Position numbers and translations under genes: made by a program
Source of the DNA: Candidatus Uhrbacteria bacterium
Lineage (GTDB): Bacteria; Patescibacteriota; Patescibacteriia; UBA9934; GWF2-40-263
DNA: 64,000 bases
Assembly (NCBI GenBank): GCA_023246355.1
Contig: JAHFIQ010000003.1
Span: forward strand, 13,968 to 77,967
Direction: 5' to 3'
Shown: positions 18,538 through 29,332 of the stretch, one piece after another
Position numbering within the stretch: the stretch's first letter is position 1
How the letters are laid out: every line of letters begins with the position of its first letter
The notes under the pieces: generated by a model
Databases searched by the model: none
The model's input: only the letters and a program-made list of their open reading frames with translations
Told to the model about the DNA's origin: nothing

Positions 18538-20052
18538 ATGACAACCAAAACACATATCATCGACGCACTGAAGTCAGCCTTGGAGAACTATCACGTCGAA
18601 GTGAAACAAGAAGAAGTCGGAACCGTGTTGTCTGTGGGTGACGGCACGGCACGTATGTCAGGACTTACCCATGCCAAGGCGTCAGAGATGCTTGAATTTT
18701 CTGGCGGGGTTTTTGGCGTCGCCCTGAACCTTGAAGAAGACGGCGTAGGCGCGGTCATTCTTGGCGACGCCTCAAAGATCAAGGAAGGGGACACCGTGAA
18801 AACCACCGGTCGTATTTTGTCTGTGGCGATTTCCGATGATGTCGTAGGCCGTGTGCTTGATCCACTCGGCAATCCGATTGATGGAAAAGGCAAGCTCAAT
18901 GCGAAAACCTTTTTTCCGATTGAAAAAATCGCGCCAGGCGTGATGACACGAAAATCAGTTGGTGTGCCGTTGCAAACGGGCATCAAAGCGATCGACTCGA
19001 TGATTCCCATTGGTCGCGGACAGCGCGAGCTGATTATTGGCGATCGTCAGACAGGAAAGACCGCCATCGCGATTGACACAATCATCAACCAGAAAGGACA
19101 GAACGTGAAGTGCATTTATGTCGCGATTGGGCAGAAAGAATCCAAGATCGCCAAGATCGTAGCCAGGCTTGAAGAAGCAGGCGCCATGGAATACACGACC
19201 GTCGTGGTCGCTGGCGCTTCTGATCCAGCCGCACTTTCCTACATCGCGCCGTTCACCGGCTGCACCATCGGGGAATATTTTATGGCGAAGGGCGAGGATG
19301 CGCTGGTGATCTACGACGACCTTTCCAAACAAGCCTGGGCGTATCGCGAAATTTCGCTGTTACTGCGCCGTCCACCAGGACGTGAAGCTTATCCTGGTGA
19401 TGTCTTTTATTTGCACTCACGTTTGCTTGAGCGTGCGGCTCGTCTCAACGAAGAAAACGGTGGAGGATCCTTGACCGCGCTTCCGATCATCGAAACACAG
19501 GCAGGTGATGTCAGTGCCTACATCCCGACAAACGTCATCTCGATTACAGACGGACAAATTTATCTTGAAACAGATTTGTTTTATCGCGGGATCCGTCCAG
19601 CCCTGAACGTCGGACTTTCTGTCTCACGCGTAGGTTCTGCGGCTCAGACCAAGGCCATGAAAAAAGTCGCGGGAAAATTGCGACTTGAACTCGCGCAATT
19701 CCGTGAGCTTGAGGCGTTCGCACAGTTTGCCACAGACTTGGATGCAGGGACACGGCAACAAATCGAACGTGGACGCCGTCTGACTGAGCTGTTGAAACAG
19801 CCTCAATATCATCCTCTTCCATTTGAAGTACAGGTTGCGTCGATCTATGCCGCGATCAATGGATGTTTGGATGCAATCGCTCCTGAGCGAATCGTGGAAT
19901 GGGAAGAGAAATTTCAGACGTATCTGGAAAGCTCGGGCACAGAAGTCATGGAGCAGCTCAAAAAAGAAAAAGCGTTGAATGATGAGATTGAAGCTGGTCT
20001 TAAAAAATTGATCCAGGATTTTAATTCCACCTTTGCCACCTCATCTACCTAA
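18538..20052 (+). CDS. atpA: F0F1 ATP synthase subunit alpha
   Basis: Walker A GDRQTGKT; conserved alpha-subunit blocks. Confidence 0.95.
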   Translation: MTTKTHIIDALKSALENYHVEVKQEEVGTVLSVGDGTARMSGLTHAKASEMLEFSGGVFGVALNLEEDGVGAVILGDASKIKEGDTVKTTGRILSVAISDDVVGRVLDPLGNPIDGKGKLNAKTFFPIEKIAPGVMTRKSVGVPLQTGIKAIDSMIPIGRGQRELIIGDRQTGKTAIAIDTIINQKGQNVKCIYVAIGQKESKIAKIVARLEEAGAMEYTTVVVAGASDPAALSYIAPFTGCTIGEYFMAKGEDALVIYDDLSKQAWAYREISLLLRRPPGREAYPGDVFYLHSRLLERAARLNEENGGGSLTALPIIETQAGDVSAYIPTNVISITDGQIYLETDLFYRGIRPALNVGLSVSRVGSAAQTKAMKKVAGKLRLELAQFRELEAFAQFATDLDAGTRQQIERGRRLTELLKQPQYHPLPFEVQVASIYAAINGCLDAIAPERIVEWEEKFQTYLESSGTEVMEQLKKEKALNDEIEAGLKKLIQDFNSTFATSST

Positions 20053-20064
20053 TCCACCTTCCGT

Positions 20065-20967
20065 GTGGCAGTCCAAACACGCGCCATCAAACGTCGGATC
20101 AAGTCCGTCAAGAATACACGCAAGATCACCAAGGCCATGGAGTTGGTTGCGGCGAGTAAAATGCGCAAGGCGGTCAACTTCGTGCTGGCCAGTCGTCCCT
20201 ATTCTAAACTTGCCTGGAGCACCATTCTCTCGATCGGCACACGGGTGGACACAAGTTTGCATCCGTTACTTGCTCGCCACGATGAAGTGAAACGCGTGTT
20301 GCTCATCCTCATCACCTCTGATCGAGGACTGGCGGGTGGATTCAATACGAACATCCTTCGAAAAACGCGTGAGGAGATTCGGTCGTTTGGTGAAGACGTT
20401 GAACTGCAGACGATCTGCATTGGCAAACGTGGCGCGGATGCCATGAAACGACTTAAGCTCCCGGTCATGGCTAGCTTTGTGGAGATTACCAACAACACAA
20501 AGTTTGAGGAAGTCCTGCCAATCGGAAGGCTCGTGATAGATGAATTTACAAAAGGATCGTTTGATAAAGTCCTTGTGGCGTACACGGATTTCGTGAGTGC
20601 CATCACTCAGAAGCCTTTGATCATGCAGTTGTTGCCGCTTCAAAGAGAGGTGGCGGAGGTGGACAAGGTGGAAGAGGTAGCCGCAGGCTTCAGCCTGCGT
20701 TCGTCAACTGAACTCACCTTTGAACCTTCTCCAAACGCGGTCCTCGATTCTATGCTTCCCCGACTCGTTGAAACCATGGTGTATCAAGCCGTGCTCGAAT
20801 CCGCTGCCTCTGAACATTCCAGTCGCATGATGGCGATGCGATCTGCATCCGATGCCGCAGGGGATATGATCGACGACCTCACATTCACCTTTAACCAAGC
20901 GCGTCAGGCCGGCATCACCCAGGAGATCGCTGAAATTTCTTCCGGTAAAGCAGCTTTAGAAAATTAG
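20065..20967 (+). CDS. atpG: F0F1 ATP synthase subunit gamma (GTG start)
   Basis: N-terminal MAVQTRAIKRRIKSVKNTRKITKAMELVAASKMRKA and C-terminal helix ITQEIAEISSGKAALE. Confidence 0.9.
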   Translation: MAVQTRAIKRRIKSVKNTRKITKAMELVAASKMRKAVNFVLASRPYSKLAWSTILSIGTRVDTSLHPLLARHDEVKRVLLILITSDRGLAGGFNTNILRKTREEIRSFGEDVELQTICIGKRGADAMKRLKLPVMASFVEITNNTKFEEVLPIGRLVIDEFTKGSFDKVLVAYTDFVSAITQKPLIMQLLPLQREVAEVDKVEEVAAGFSLRSSTELTFEPSPNAVLDSMLPRLVETMVYQAVLESAASEHSSRMMAMRSASDAAGDMIDDLTFTFNQARQAGITQEIAEISSGKAALEN

Positions 20968-20976
20968 TTCTCCTAA

Positions 20977-22395
<1,419 letters not shown>

Positions 22396-22418
22396 GTCCT
22401 ATCGGTCCTGTTCGACCT

Positions 22419-22862
22419 ATGGCTCAATTGCAATTATCCATCGTCACCCCTGAACGCATTGTCTTTGAAGACGAGGTTGATTCGGTTTCTGCGATGACAC
22501 AAATGGGCGAGGTGACGATTTTGCCTGGGCATGTGCCCTTGGTTGCCAATTTGCAAGCAGGCGAGCTTCGGCTCAAAAAAAATGGTTCAGAGAGTTACCT
22601 TGTGGCCTCCACGGGATTTTTGCATGTGCAATCTGGAAACAAGATTGTTATTCTCGCGGACACGGCAGAGCGTGTGGAAGAACTTGAGCTTGGAAAAATT
22701 GAGGAAGCTCGAGATCGTGCTCGAAAACTTTTGGATGAAAAACGACATGTCGATGATGTCGCGTTTGCCAACGCTGCGGCCATGCTTGAACGAGAACTCG
22801 CCCGACATCGGGTGGTGACCAAAAGAAAAAAATACAAAGACGTTGGCAAATCACTTTCCTAA
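22419..22862 (+). CDS. atpC: F0F1 ATP synthase subunit epsilon
   Basis: 147 aa; N-terminal beta-sandwich pattern (LQLSIVTPERIVFEDEVDSVS) then helical C-terminus. Confidence 0.85.
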   Translation: MAQLQLSIVTPERIVFEDEVDSVSAMTQMGEVTILPGHVPLVANLQAGELRLKKNGSESYLVASTGFLHVQSGNKIVILADTAERVEELELGKIEEARDRARKLLDEKRHVDDVAFANAAAMLERELARHRVVTKRKKYKDVGKSLS

Positions 22863-22864
22863 AT

Positions 22865-23647
22865 ATGAATATAGAACATGAATCCCACGCCGTTCAAAAA
22901 GAGCACGAATGGTTGAAAGGCCAGGAAAAAATTTCTGCGATTTTAGAGCAGGGCATGGAATCGTACGTTGATCAGATGCCTGACCTTGAAAATGCATTTG
23001 CTGAGGGGGATCACACCCTGTGCTGTATGGATGAGGGTGTGGCACAAGGAGATATGCGTTCAGCTGGGTCTGGAATCCTTACGGAAGGACGTGAGCGAGA
23101 AGTATTCATTGCCAAGCTTAAAGCCGCCGGAGTCAAGGATGTGACAAGTCACGAAGGGTGCGGTGCTGCTGGATTGTACAAAGAGAAACACGGGATCACA
23201 GACATGACGGTTGATGAAGTTGCCATCGAACAGGCAAAGCGCATGGCTTCAGAGCTCGGTGTGCCCTACAAAGGTCATGTGACAGAGCTCGATAGACCAA
23301 AAGAGTTTCATAACGCTCGAGTCGTATATCTGGATGGTACCGGACGATTTAATCCAAGTCGTGTGTCTGAACTGCCACAAGGATTTGTGGTGAGTGCAAG
23401 GTATATGACTCCAGAGCAGGCATTGTCTGAGGTTCAATTAGCCACGAAGATCGCGTTTGGGGAGCATGGGTTTGGTGATAAATTTTCAGAGGAAGACCCA
23501 CTGGTCGTCGTAGCCATCGGCGATAGCACAGAGCCAGATTTTGTTGGGAAGGACCTTGAACGTGAACTCACGAATATCATTGGCGAGGGCCGCGTCCGTG
23601 TAGATCATTTCTCGGTTCCTCGCTCTTGGATGCGAGAAGCTGCGTAA
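22865..23647 (+). CDS. hypothetical protein with beta-carbonic-anhydrase-like Cys/His/Cys motifs (CCMDEG ... SHEGCGAAG)
   Basis: 260 aa, starts 2 nt after atpC. CxDxG and HxxCGA spaced about 43 aa apart resemble the beta-CA zinc site, but the conserved Arg of CxDxR is absent. Paralogous to the next gene (shared ...RVVYLDGTGRF / ...RVHINDRSGRK block). Confidence 0.4.
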   Translation: MNIEHESHAVQKEHEWLKGQEKISAILEQGMESYVDQMPDLENAFAEGDHTLCCMDEGVAQGDMRSAGSGILTEGREREVFIAKLKAAGVKDVTSHEGCGAAGLYKEKHGITDMTVDEVAIEQAKRMASELGVPYKGHVTELDRPKEFHNARVVYLDGTGRFNPSRVSELPQGFVVSARYMTPEQALSEVQLATKIAFGEHGFGDKFSEEDPLVVVAIGDSTEPDFVGKDLERELTNIIGEGRVRVDHFSVPRSWMREAA

Positions 23648-23701
23648 ATAAGCTGGGATGTGAAACCTGAGAGGTTTATCCACTCGGGTTTTTTGAATCC
23701 A

Positions 23702-23730
23702 TTGACTTTCTCGTCCAAGTAAGGCATACT
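23702..23730 (+). promoter_or_regulatory. putative sigma70-type promoter for the 23759 gene
   Basis: TTGACT (23702-23707), 17-nt spacer, CATACT (23725-23730), about 28 nt upstream of the ATG. Confidence 0.4.
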
Positions 23731-23758
23731 TTGGCCCGCCCATCACCCGAGGTCGCTC

Positions 23759-24415
23759 ATGGGTCAACTCAGTGCGTTCGATCAAGAGGTCGTCGACATC
23801 CTCCGTCATCGTGGAATTTTCGAGAACGTGGATGCGATGCGTTTCCACTTGGACAACGGCGTGATCATCTTCAGATGTCCTGATGGTGATCAGATGCTTG
23901 ATCGCATCAGGCATGATGAACAGGTTGCACGTGAAGCTGGTGGTGAACTGCGCCCGCATCTGCTGACCTGTCACGGTGGGAGCATGGTGCTTGCACCCGA
24001 CTCTCCGCTCTATCCTGGAATGGGGGCCGACCAGCTCTACCTGACGATGATCAGGGAGGCAGAGGCGCTCAAGGACATCAAGACGGTTTCCGCAGAGATT
24101 CACGCTCCTTGTGGAAAGGCGATGAGTCTTGGACTCACGCTCGTGGAGCAGATCGTTTTGCTCATGGCGGCCAAACCGCGAATCAAGGCGATCGATCCAA
24201 CCAACAAGGTCGTCTGTCGCGTCCACATCAACGATCGAAGTGGCCGCAAGCGTACCTACTTCATCTCGCGGGCCAAGTGGATCGCGTTTTGGGAGAGCGA
24301 GGGACGACAGGTGTGGGGATACCGGTTCCCAGTCGATCCTTATGCGTCACAGCTTCCTGGTGAGGCACTCGCAGGAGCTGATCACCATGAGACCAGCGAC
24401 CTGGTCGGCATGTAG
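23759..24415 (+). CDS. hypothetical protein, paralog of 22865-23647 with CPDGD ... HAPCGKA motifs; GC elevated
   Basis: 218 aa; C-x-D-G and H-x-x-C-G motifs; GC visibly higher (about 57-60%) than the ATP synthase genes. Confidence 0.4.
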   Translation: MGQLSAFDQEVVDILRHRGIFENVDAMRFHLDNGVIIFRCPDGDQMLDRIRHDEQVAREAGGELRPHLLTCHGGSMVLAPDSPLYPGMGADQLYLTMIREAEALKDIKTVSAEIHAPCGKAMSLGLTLVEQIVLLMAAKPRIKAIDPTNKVVCRVHINDRSGRKRTYFISRAKWIAFWESEGRQVWGYRFPVDPYASQLPGEALAGADHHETSDLVGM

Positions 24416-24462
24416 TTTCAACGTCGCCGCCTACGCAAAGGCGGTTTTCATTTTGTGATAAG

Positions 24463-27393
24463 ATGCCTTTCGGTATGTCTGATTTGCTCTCAAAACTTAA
24501 TCCTGAGCAGCAAGCGGCTGTCACGCATGTGGACGGCCCACTCATGATTGTGGCCGGGGCAGGGACAGGGAAAACGACCGTGATCACACACCGGATCGCC
24601 TGGCTCATTGAGCAGGGTCATGCCAAGCCTGAGGAAATTTTAGCGCTTACGTTTACCGATAAGGCTGCCGGGGAAATGGAAGAGAGAGTAGATCGCCTGT
24701 TGCCCTACGGATATGTGGATCTGCAGATTTCAACCTTTCACGCGTTTGCCGAAAAGCTCCTGCGCGATTATGGCGTTGAGATCGGACTGTCACGTGATTT
24801 TCGATTAGTGAATGAACTAGACGCGTGGCTTCTGGCGCGACAGCATTTTGACCGTTTTGAACTTGACCACTATCGCCCGCTTGGAAACCCTACGAAGTAC
24901 ATTCGTTCGCTGCTCACGCATTTTTCTCGTGCCAAGGACGTGGGTGTGGATCCTGACGCGTATCAAGCAACGATCGAGGCGAGATTTGCTGATCAGGATT
25001 CTGCTCAGGCAGATGAAGCCACCACTTCTGAGATCAAACGGTTGAGAGAACTCGCTGGTGCTTATCGAACCTATCAACAAATTTTGCTTGAGCATGACTG
25101 CCTTGATTTTGGCGACCTCATGCTCTACACATTGAAACTGTTGAAAGACCGCCCTGCGGTGCGAGACATCATCCGAGCACGATTTAAGTTTGTTCTCGTC
25201 GATGAATTTCAAGACACGAACGATGCCCAGTATGAGATCGTCCGAGAGATTGCCTCGCCCAAGAACAACCTGACTGTTGTGGGCGACGATGATCAGTCTA
25301 TTTATAAATTTCGTGGCGCGTCGCTTGCCAATATCCTCCGTTTTGAAACAGACTTTCCAGCTGCCAGACACGTCGTGCTCACGTCCAATTACCGATCCGC
25401 GCAACGAATTCTTGATCACGCCTATGACTTCATTCAACACAACAATCCCAATCGTTTGGAAGTAACCTCCTCAAGATCCTTGTCAAAAAAGCTACAGGCC
25501 TCAAAAGATCTCAAGGCAACCGTTGAGCATCTGCACGCTCTCACCAGTGAAGAAGAAGTTGCAACCGTAGTCCGAAAAATTCTTGCGCTTCGTGAGGCTG
25601 AGCCAGAGGTCGAGTGGAGTGATTTTGCCATTCTGGTGCGATCCAATTCTGCAGGAACAGATTTTGCCCAGGCTCTGGAGCGCCATCAGATTCCGTATCA
25701 GTTTTTGGCGCTCTCGGGACTCTACACGAAGCCTGCTGTGCTCGACATGCTGGCATTTCTGCGTGTGATCGATCACGTGTTTGATTCACCAAGTTTCTAC
25801 CGATTGCTTACCTCGCCTGTGGTTGGAGTGAGTGAGAGGGGAGTGATGGAACTGAACCGGTTGGCAGCTCGCAAAGGCAAGTCATTGTATGAAGCTTGCG
25901 AAATGGCGCAGAGTTTTTCACGTCTTGATCCATCGGACGAAGAGCTCATCCACGAACTGATCCAAAAAATTTCTGCCTGGCAACGTCAGGCGCGCACGCG
26001 CAAAGTCGGCGAGCTCCTCGTCATGATCGCCAAAGAGTCTGGATACCTTGAGCATGTCAACTCGATGGACGAGCGCCACAAGATCGAGACGTTCAGTCAT
26101 CTTCAGCAGTTGTATCAGCGGTTAAAAGCGTTTGAGCGTTCAAGTGAACACCCAATTCTTCACAATTTTCTCAAAGAGTTTGCCCACGAACGAGACGCCG
26201 GTGAGGAAGGATCGCTCAGTGTGGACCTTGAATCTGGTCCTGACCTGGTGCGCATCATGACCATCCACGCGGCAAAGGGTTTGGAATTTCGTTATGTGTT
26301 TATTGTGAACCTGGTCGCGCAAAAATTTCCGACCCGCGCCATGAAGGATGCCATTGAGCTCCCAGAAGGACTCGGTTCGCAAGCGCCGACAGAAGGTGAC
26401 GCACATCTTGAGGAAGAGCGTCGTCTATTCTATGTGGCCATGACGCGAGCCAAGGAAGGTTTGTATTTCACCTCAGCCGATGATTATGGTGGTGCTCGCA
26501 AACGTAAGATCTCGCCATTTCTCCACGAGCTTGGGTACACACAGCCTGAGAGTCCTGCCTCTATTCTTGAACTCATTGATGAGACAGAATACAACCTAAA
26601 ACCTACACCCTACCCCGCTCCTGTTCCCAAGCAATTTTCGTTTACACAGTTGGCCGCATTCAAGACCTGTCCTTTGCAGTACAAATTTGCACACATTCTC
26701 AAAGTCCCTGTGATGGGAAAATGGACCTTCTCGTTTGGCAAGACCATGCACAATACGTTACAGAGATTTTTTACCCTCTGGCTTGAACGAACAGGCAAAA
26801 AACAGACAAGCCTGTTTGAAGCTGATCTTGCACCGATTGACGGAATCCCTGTGAGCATGGAGGAGCTTCTCAATGCCTATCAAACATGCTGGCAGGACGA
26901 TTGGTATGTGAATGATCGACAACGGGAAGAATATCGTGAACAGGGGAGAGCGTCGCTTAAACAGCTCTGGGCGCAGTATCACTTGGCGCCACCATCACCG
27001 CTCTTTGTTGAGCAGGGATTTACCATGAAGATCGGCGACATCGCCCTGAAGGGACGCATCGATCGCATCGATGCCTGCGAGGATGGAATCGAAATCATCG
27101 ATTACAAAACAGGCTCGCCCAAAACCGAGCTCACGCTGGACGATAAGGAGCAGCTCCTGCTCTACCAACTCGCCGCGGTACAGGTTCTCGGTCTCAAACC
27201 AAAACGGCTGACCTATCATTACCTCGGGGACAATTCAACCGTGTCGTTTTTAGGAACGCAAAAACAACTTGATGACTTGGAGCAATCTCTCATTTCACGT
27301 GTGCAAGGCATTCGTGACTCTGACTTTCAAGCCACCCCAGGCTTCCACTGTCAGTTCTGTGATTTTGCTGATATCTGTGAGTTCCGTCAGTAA
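24463..27393 (+). CDS. UvrD/PcrA-family superfamily-1 helicase fused to a C-terminal Cys-cluster PD-(D/E)XK nuclease domain (AddA/AddB/Cas4-like)
   Basis: Walker A AGAGTGKT, DEFQDT (motif II), helicase motif VI region IHAAKGLEF. C-terminal RIDRID...IIDYKTG nuclease core and CQFCDFADICEF Cys cluster. Confidence 0.85.
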   Translation: MPFGMSDLLSKLNPEQQAAVTHVDGPLMIVAGAGTGKTTVITHRIAWLIEQGHAKPEEILALTFTDKAAGEMEERVDRLLPYGYVDLQISTFHAFAEKLLRDYGVEIGLSRDFRLVNELDAWLLARQHFDRFELDHYRPLGNPTKYIRSLLTHFSRAKDVGVDPDAYQATIEARFADQDSAQADEATTSEIKRLRELAGAYRTYQQILLEHDCLDFGDLMLYTLKLLKDRPAVRDIIRARFKFVLVDEFQDTNDAQYEIVREIASPKNNLTVVGDDDQSIYKFRGASLANILRFETDFPAARHVVLTSNYRSAQRILDHAYDFIQHNNPNRLEVTSSRSLSKKLQASKDLKATVEHLHALTSEEEVATVVRKILALREAEPEVEWSDFAILVRSNSAGTDFAQALERHQIPYQFLALSGLYTKPAVLDMLAFLRVIDHVFDSPSFYRLLTSPVVGVSERGVMELNRLAARKGKSLYEACEMAQSFSRLDPSDEELIHELIQKISAWQRQARTRKVGELLVMIAKESGYLEHVNSMDERHKIETFSHLQQLYQRLKAFERSSEHPILHNFLKEFAHERDAGEEGSLSVDLESGPDLVRIMTIHAAKGLEFRYVFIVNLVAQKFPTRAMKDAIELPEGLGSQAPTEGDAHLEEERRLFYVAMTRAKEGLYFTSADDYGGARKRKISPFLHELGYTQPESPASILELIDETEYNLKPTPYPAPVPKQFSFTQLAAFKTCPLQYKFAHILKVPVMGKWTFSFGKTMHNTLQRFFTLWLERTGKKQTSLFEADLAPIDGIPVSMEELLNAYQTCWQDDWYVNDRQREEYREQGRASLKQLWAQYHLAPPSPLFVEQGFTMKIGDIALKGRIDRIDACEDGIEIIDYKTGSPKTELTLDDKEQLLLYQLAAVQVLGLKPKRLTYHYLGDNSTVSFLGTQKQLDDLEQSLISRVQGIRDSDFQATPGFHCQFCDFADICEFRQ

Positions 27394-27406
27394 AACGCGC
27401 GCGTCA

Positions 27407-27482
27407 CAAAATTTTCTCGAACGGTCTGGCGAGCCCACAGGATTCGTAAGCGTGGGTCGGACAGACCTGAGAGAAAATTTTG
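27407..27482. repeat. 12-bp perfect inverted repeat CAAAATTTTCTC / GAGAAAATTTTG separated by 52 nt
   Basis: Arms at 27407-27418 and 27471-27482 read directly. Sits between the helicase stop and a TATAAT box (27510-27515) upstream of the DUF721 gene. Confidence 0.6.
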
Positions 27483-27524
27483 CTTCACCTGGATTTTACA
27501 AGCGAATGCTATAATAGATCTAGT

Positions 27525-27851
27525 ATGGCCGTCTCCTCATTACGCGATCTTCTCTCTGGTTCTCTTAAACGCGCCGGAGTGTTGCGTTCGGTTCGCGCTT
27601 CCATGGTCGTGGAGGCAGCCAATCGAATGATCCCTGCGTACTTACCCTCATTTCGCTCAAAAGATGTTCAAGCGGTATCGTTTCAAAAAGGTGTCCTGCG
27701 ACTTCGGGCCATCAATGCACCAGCGAGACATCTGATCAAGACCCACGAGTCTGATCTCCTTACCAAACTCCGTGAAGAATTTCCTCCGGCAAAAATAGAA
27801 CGCCTTCAACTCATCTTCTCTCATGAACCTGTGCGCTATGAGCTTTCGTAG
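27525..27851 (+). CDS. DUF721-domain protein (DciA-like replicative-helicase loader family)
   Basis: About 108 aa; pattern LRDLLSGSLKRAGVL...MVVEAANRMIPAYLP...VSFQKGVLRLRAINAPARHLIKTHESDLLTKL matches my recollection of DUF721/DciA. Start at ATG 27525 (internal Met of track ORF). Confidence 0.5.
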   Translation: MAVSSLRDLLSGSLKRAGVLRSVRASMVVEAANRMIPAYLPSFRSKDVQAVSFQKGVLRLRAINAPARHLIKTHESDLLTKLREEFPPAKIERLQLIFSHEPVRYELS

Positions 27852-28245
27852 CTATCTTATTCTCATGACCCTGGCGAGTCTGGCTGCCTGGAGCGCCTGG
27901 GTGGTTGTGCTCAACGCGATCGATCCCACACAGTCAGGTTGGCTTGGCTTTTTTCTGTTCTACGTCACGTTTGCCATTGCGCTCTTTGGGACGCTCTCGC
28001 TGCTTGGGATTGCCGTCCGCCTATGGAAAAAACAAGCGGCCCTTCCCGCCCGTATCACTCTAAAAGCCTTTCGTCAGGCCTTGCTATTCACAGCTCTATT
28101 TGTTGTTTCACTTTTGCTTTTTTCCCAAGGCTGGTTCCGTTGGTGGACCATGCTTCTGGTGCTGTGTATCGTGGGGTTCATAGAACTTGCGTTTGCTTCG
28201 ACACAACACTCCTTTGAACACAAAAAAGATCCAGAACCGACTTGA
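27823..28245 (+). CDS. hypothetical integral membrane protein
   Basis: 4 TM helices. Start uncertain (ATG at 27823, 27838 or 27865; the last avoids overlap with the DUF721 gene). Confidence 0.4.
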   Translation: MNLCAMSFRSYLILMTLASLAAWSAWVVVLNAIDPTQSGWLGFFLFYVTFAIALFGTLSLLGIAVRLWKKQAALPARITLKAFRQALLFTALFVVSLLLFSQGWFRWWTMLLVLCIVGFIELAFASTQHSFEHKKDPEPT

Positions 28246-28273
28246 TGTGCGGCTTCCCATAGAGTAAGATCGT

Positions 28274-29332
28274 GTGGCTATGTTCGGTAAACTCCTTGGC
28301 CATCTTTCTAAGGATCTCGGCATTGATCTTGGGACCTCTAACACCCTTGTCTACTCAAAGGACGGGGGCATTGTGATTAACGAACCATCGATCGTTGCGG
28401 TGAACACGCGAACCGATCAAATTCTTTCTGTTGGAAAGGATGCCAAGGACATGCTGGGGAAAACGCCACCTCATATTCAAATTACAAAGCCACTGAGCAA
28501 GGGCGTTATTTCTGATTTCGAAGTAACAGAGAAAATGCTCAAGTATTTCATTGACAAAGTGCACACAGAGTCTTTTACCTTTGTTCCTCGACCCACGATT
28601 GTCATTGGTGTTCCTTTGGAAACGACTGAAGTGGAACGAAAAGCCATCGAGGATGCAGCCCTTTCTGCGGGCGCAAGAAAAGTCCATCTTGTTGAAAATC
28701 CCATGCTGGCGGCCTTAGGGGCCCGGCTTCCACTGTCTGAATCTGTGGGTATGATGATTGTTGATATCGGTGGTGGGACAACCGAGATCGCGGTGATGTC
28801 ACTCGCGGGTGTGGTGACATGGAAGTCGCTCGATATCGCAGGAGAGGAGATGAACAAAAATATTATTCAGTACGCTCGAGATCAATTTAATCTGCTCCTG
28901 GGAGAGAGAATCGCTGAGAGAATCAAAATGCGGATTGGGACCGCCATTGAACAGGATGCTCCCATGGAAATGGAAATGCGTGGCCGAGATCTGCTGACAG
29001 GTCTTCCAAAAGAAATCATGGTCAACGATACACAGATTCGTGATGCGCTCCAGCGCTCTGTCCGAACCATCATTGATAACGTCAAGGCTACGCTTGAAAC
29101 CACGCCACCAGAACTCGTCGCGGATATCTACGAACGTGGCATTGTGCTGACTGGTGGGGGAGCCCTTTTGCGTGGATTGGATGTGCTCATCTCACGCCAG
29201 GCAGCCATTCCTGTTCGTGTGGCCGAAGACCCACTCACCTGCGTGGTGCGTGGAGCCGGACTCCTTCTGGATAATCGTGAATTGCTTGCGGATATAACCC
29301 TTCCATCGGCAACGGAGGGAAGTATCGTATGA
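28274..29332 (+). CDS. mreB: rod-shape-determining actin homolog MreB
   Basis: N-terminal DLGIDLGTSNTLVY phosphate-1 motif; actin-fold blocks. Confidence 0.95.
   Translation: MAMFGKLLGHLSKDLGIDLGTSNTLVYSKDGGIVINEPSIVAVNTRTDQILSVGKDAKDMLGKTPPHIQITKPLSKGVISDFEVTEKMLKYFIDKVHTESFTFVPRPTIVIGVPLETTEVERKAIEDAALSAGARKVHLVENPMLAALGARLPLSESVGMMIVDIGGGTTEIAVMSLAGVVTWKSLDIAGEEMNKNIIQYARDQFNLLLGERIAERIKMRIGTAIEQDAPMEMEMRGRDLLTGLPKEIMVNDTQIRDALQRSVRTIIDNVKATLETTPPELVADIYERGIVLTGGGALLRGLDVLISRQAAIPVRVAEDPLTCVVRGAGLLLDNRELLADITLPSATEGSIV

Noticed and set aside
18591-19332. Antisense ORFs inside atpA (18591-19010, 18955-19332) and similar ones inside atpD, clpB, lysS, the helicase and others
   Set aside because: Embedded opposite strongly conserved protein-coding genes. 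No independent signals.
23661-23695. Terminator after gene 22865-23647 (AAACC-TGAGA-GGTTT ... GGGTTTTTTG)
   Set aside because: Stem only 5 bp and separated from the T-run by 12 nt. Too weak to call, although the T-run followed by a good promoter suggests a transcript boundary here.
22865-24415. Firm annotation of the two paralogs as beta-carbonic anhydrases
   Set aside because: Only the Cys/His/Cys ligand pattern is shared. The catalytic Asp-Arg dyad is incomplete and spacing differs. Left as hypothetical with a motif note.
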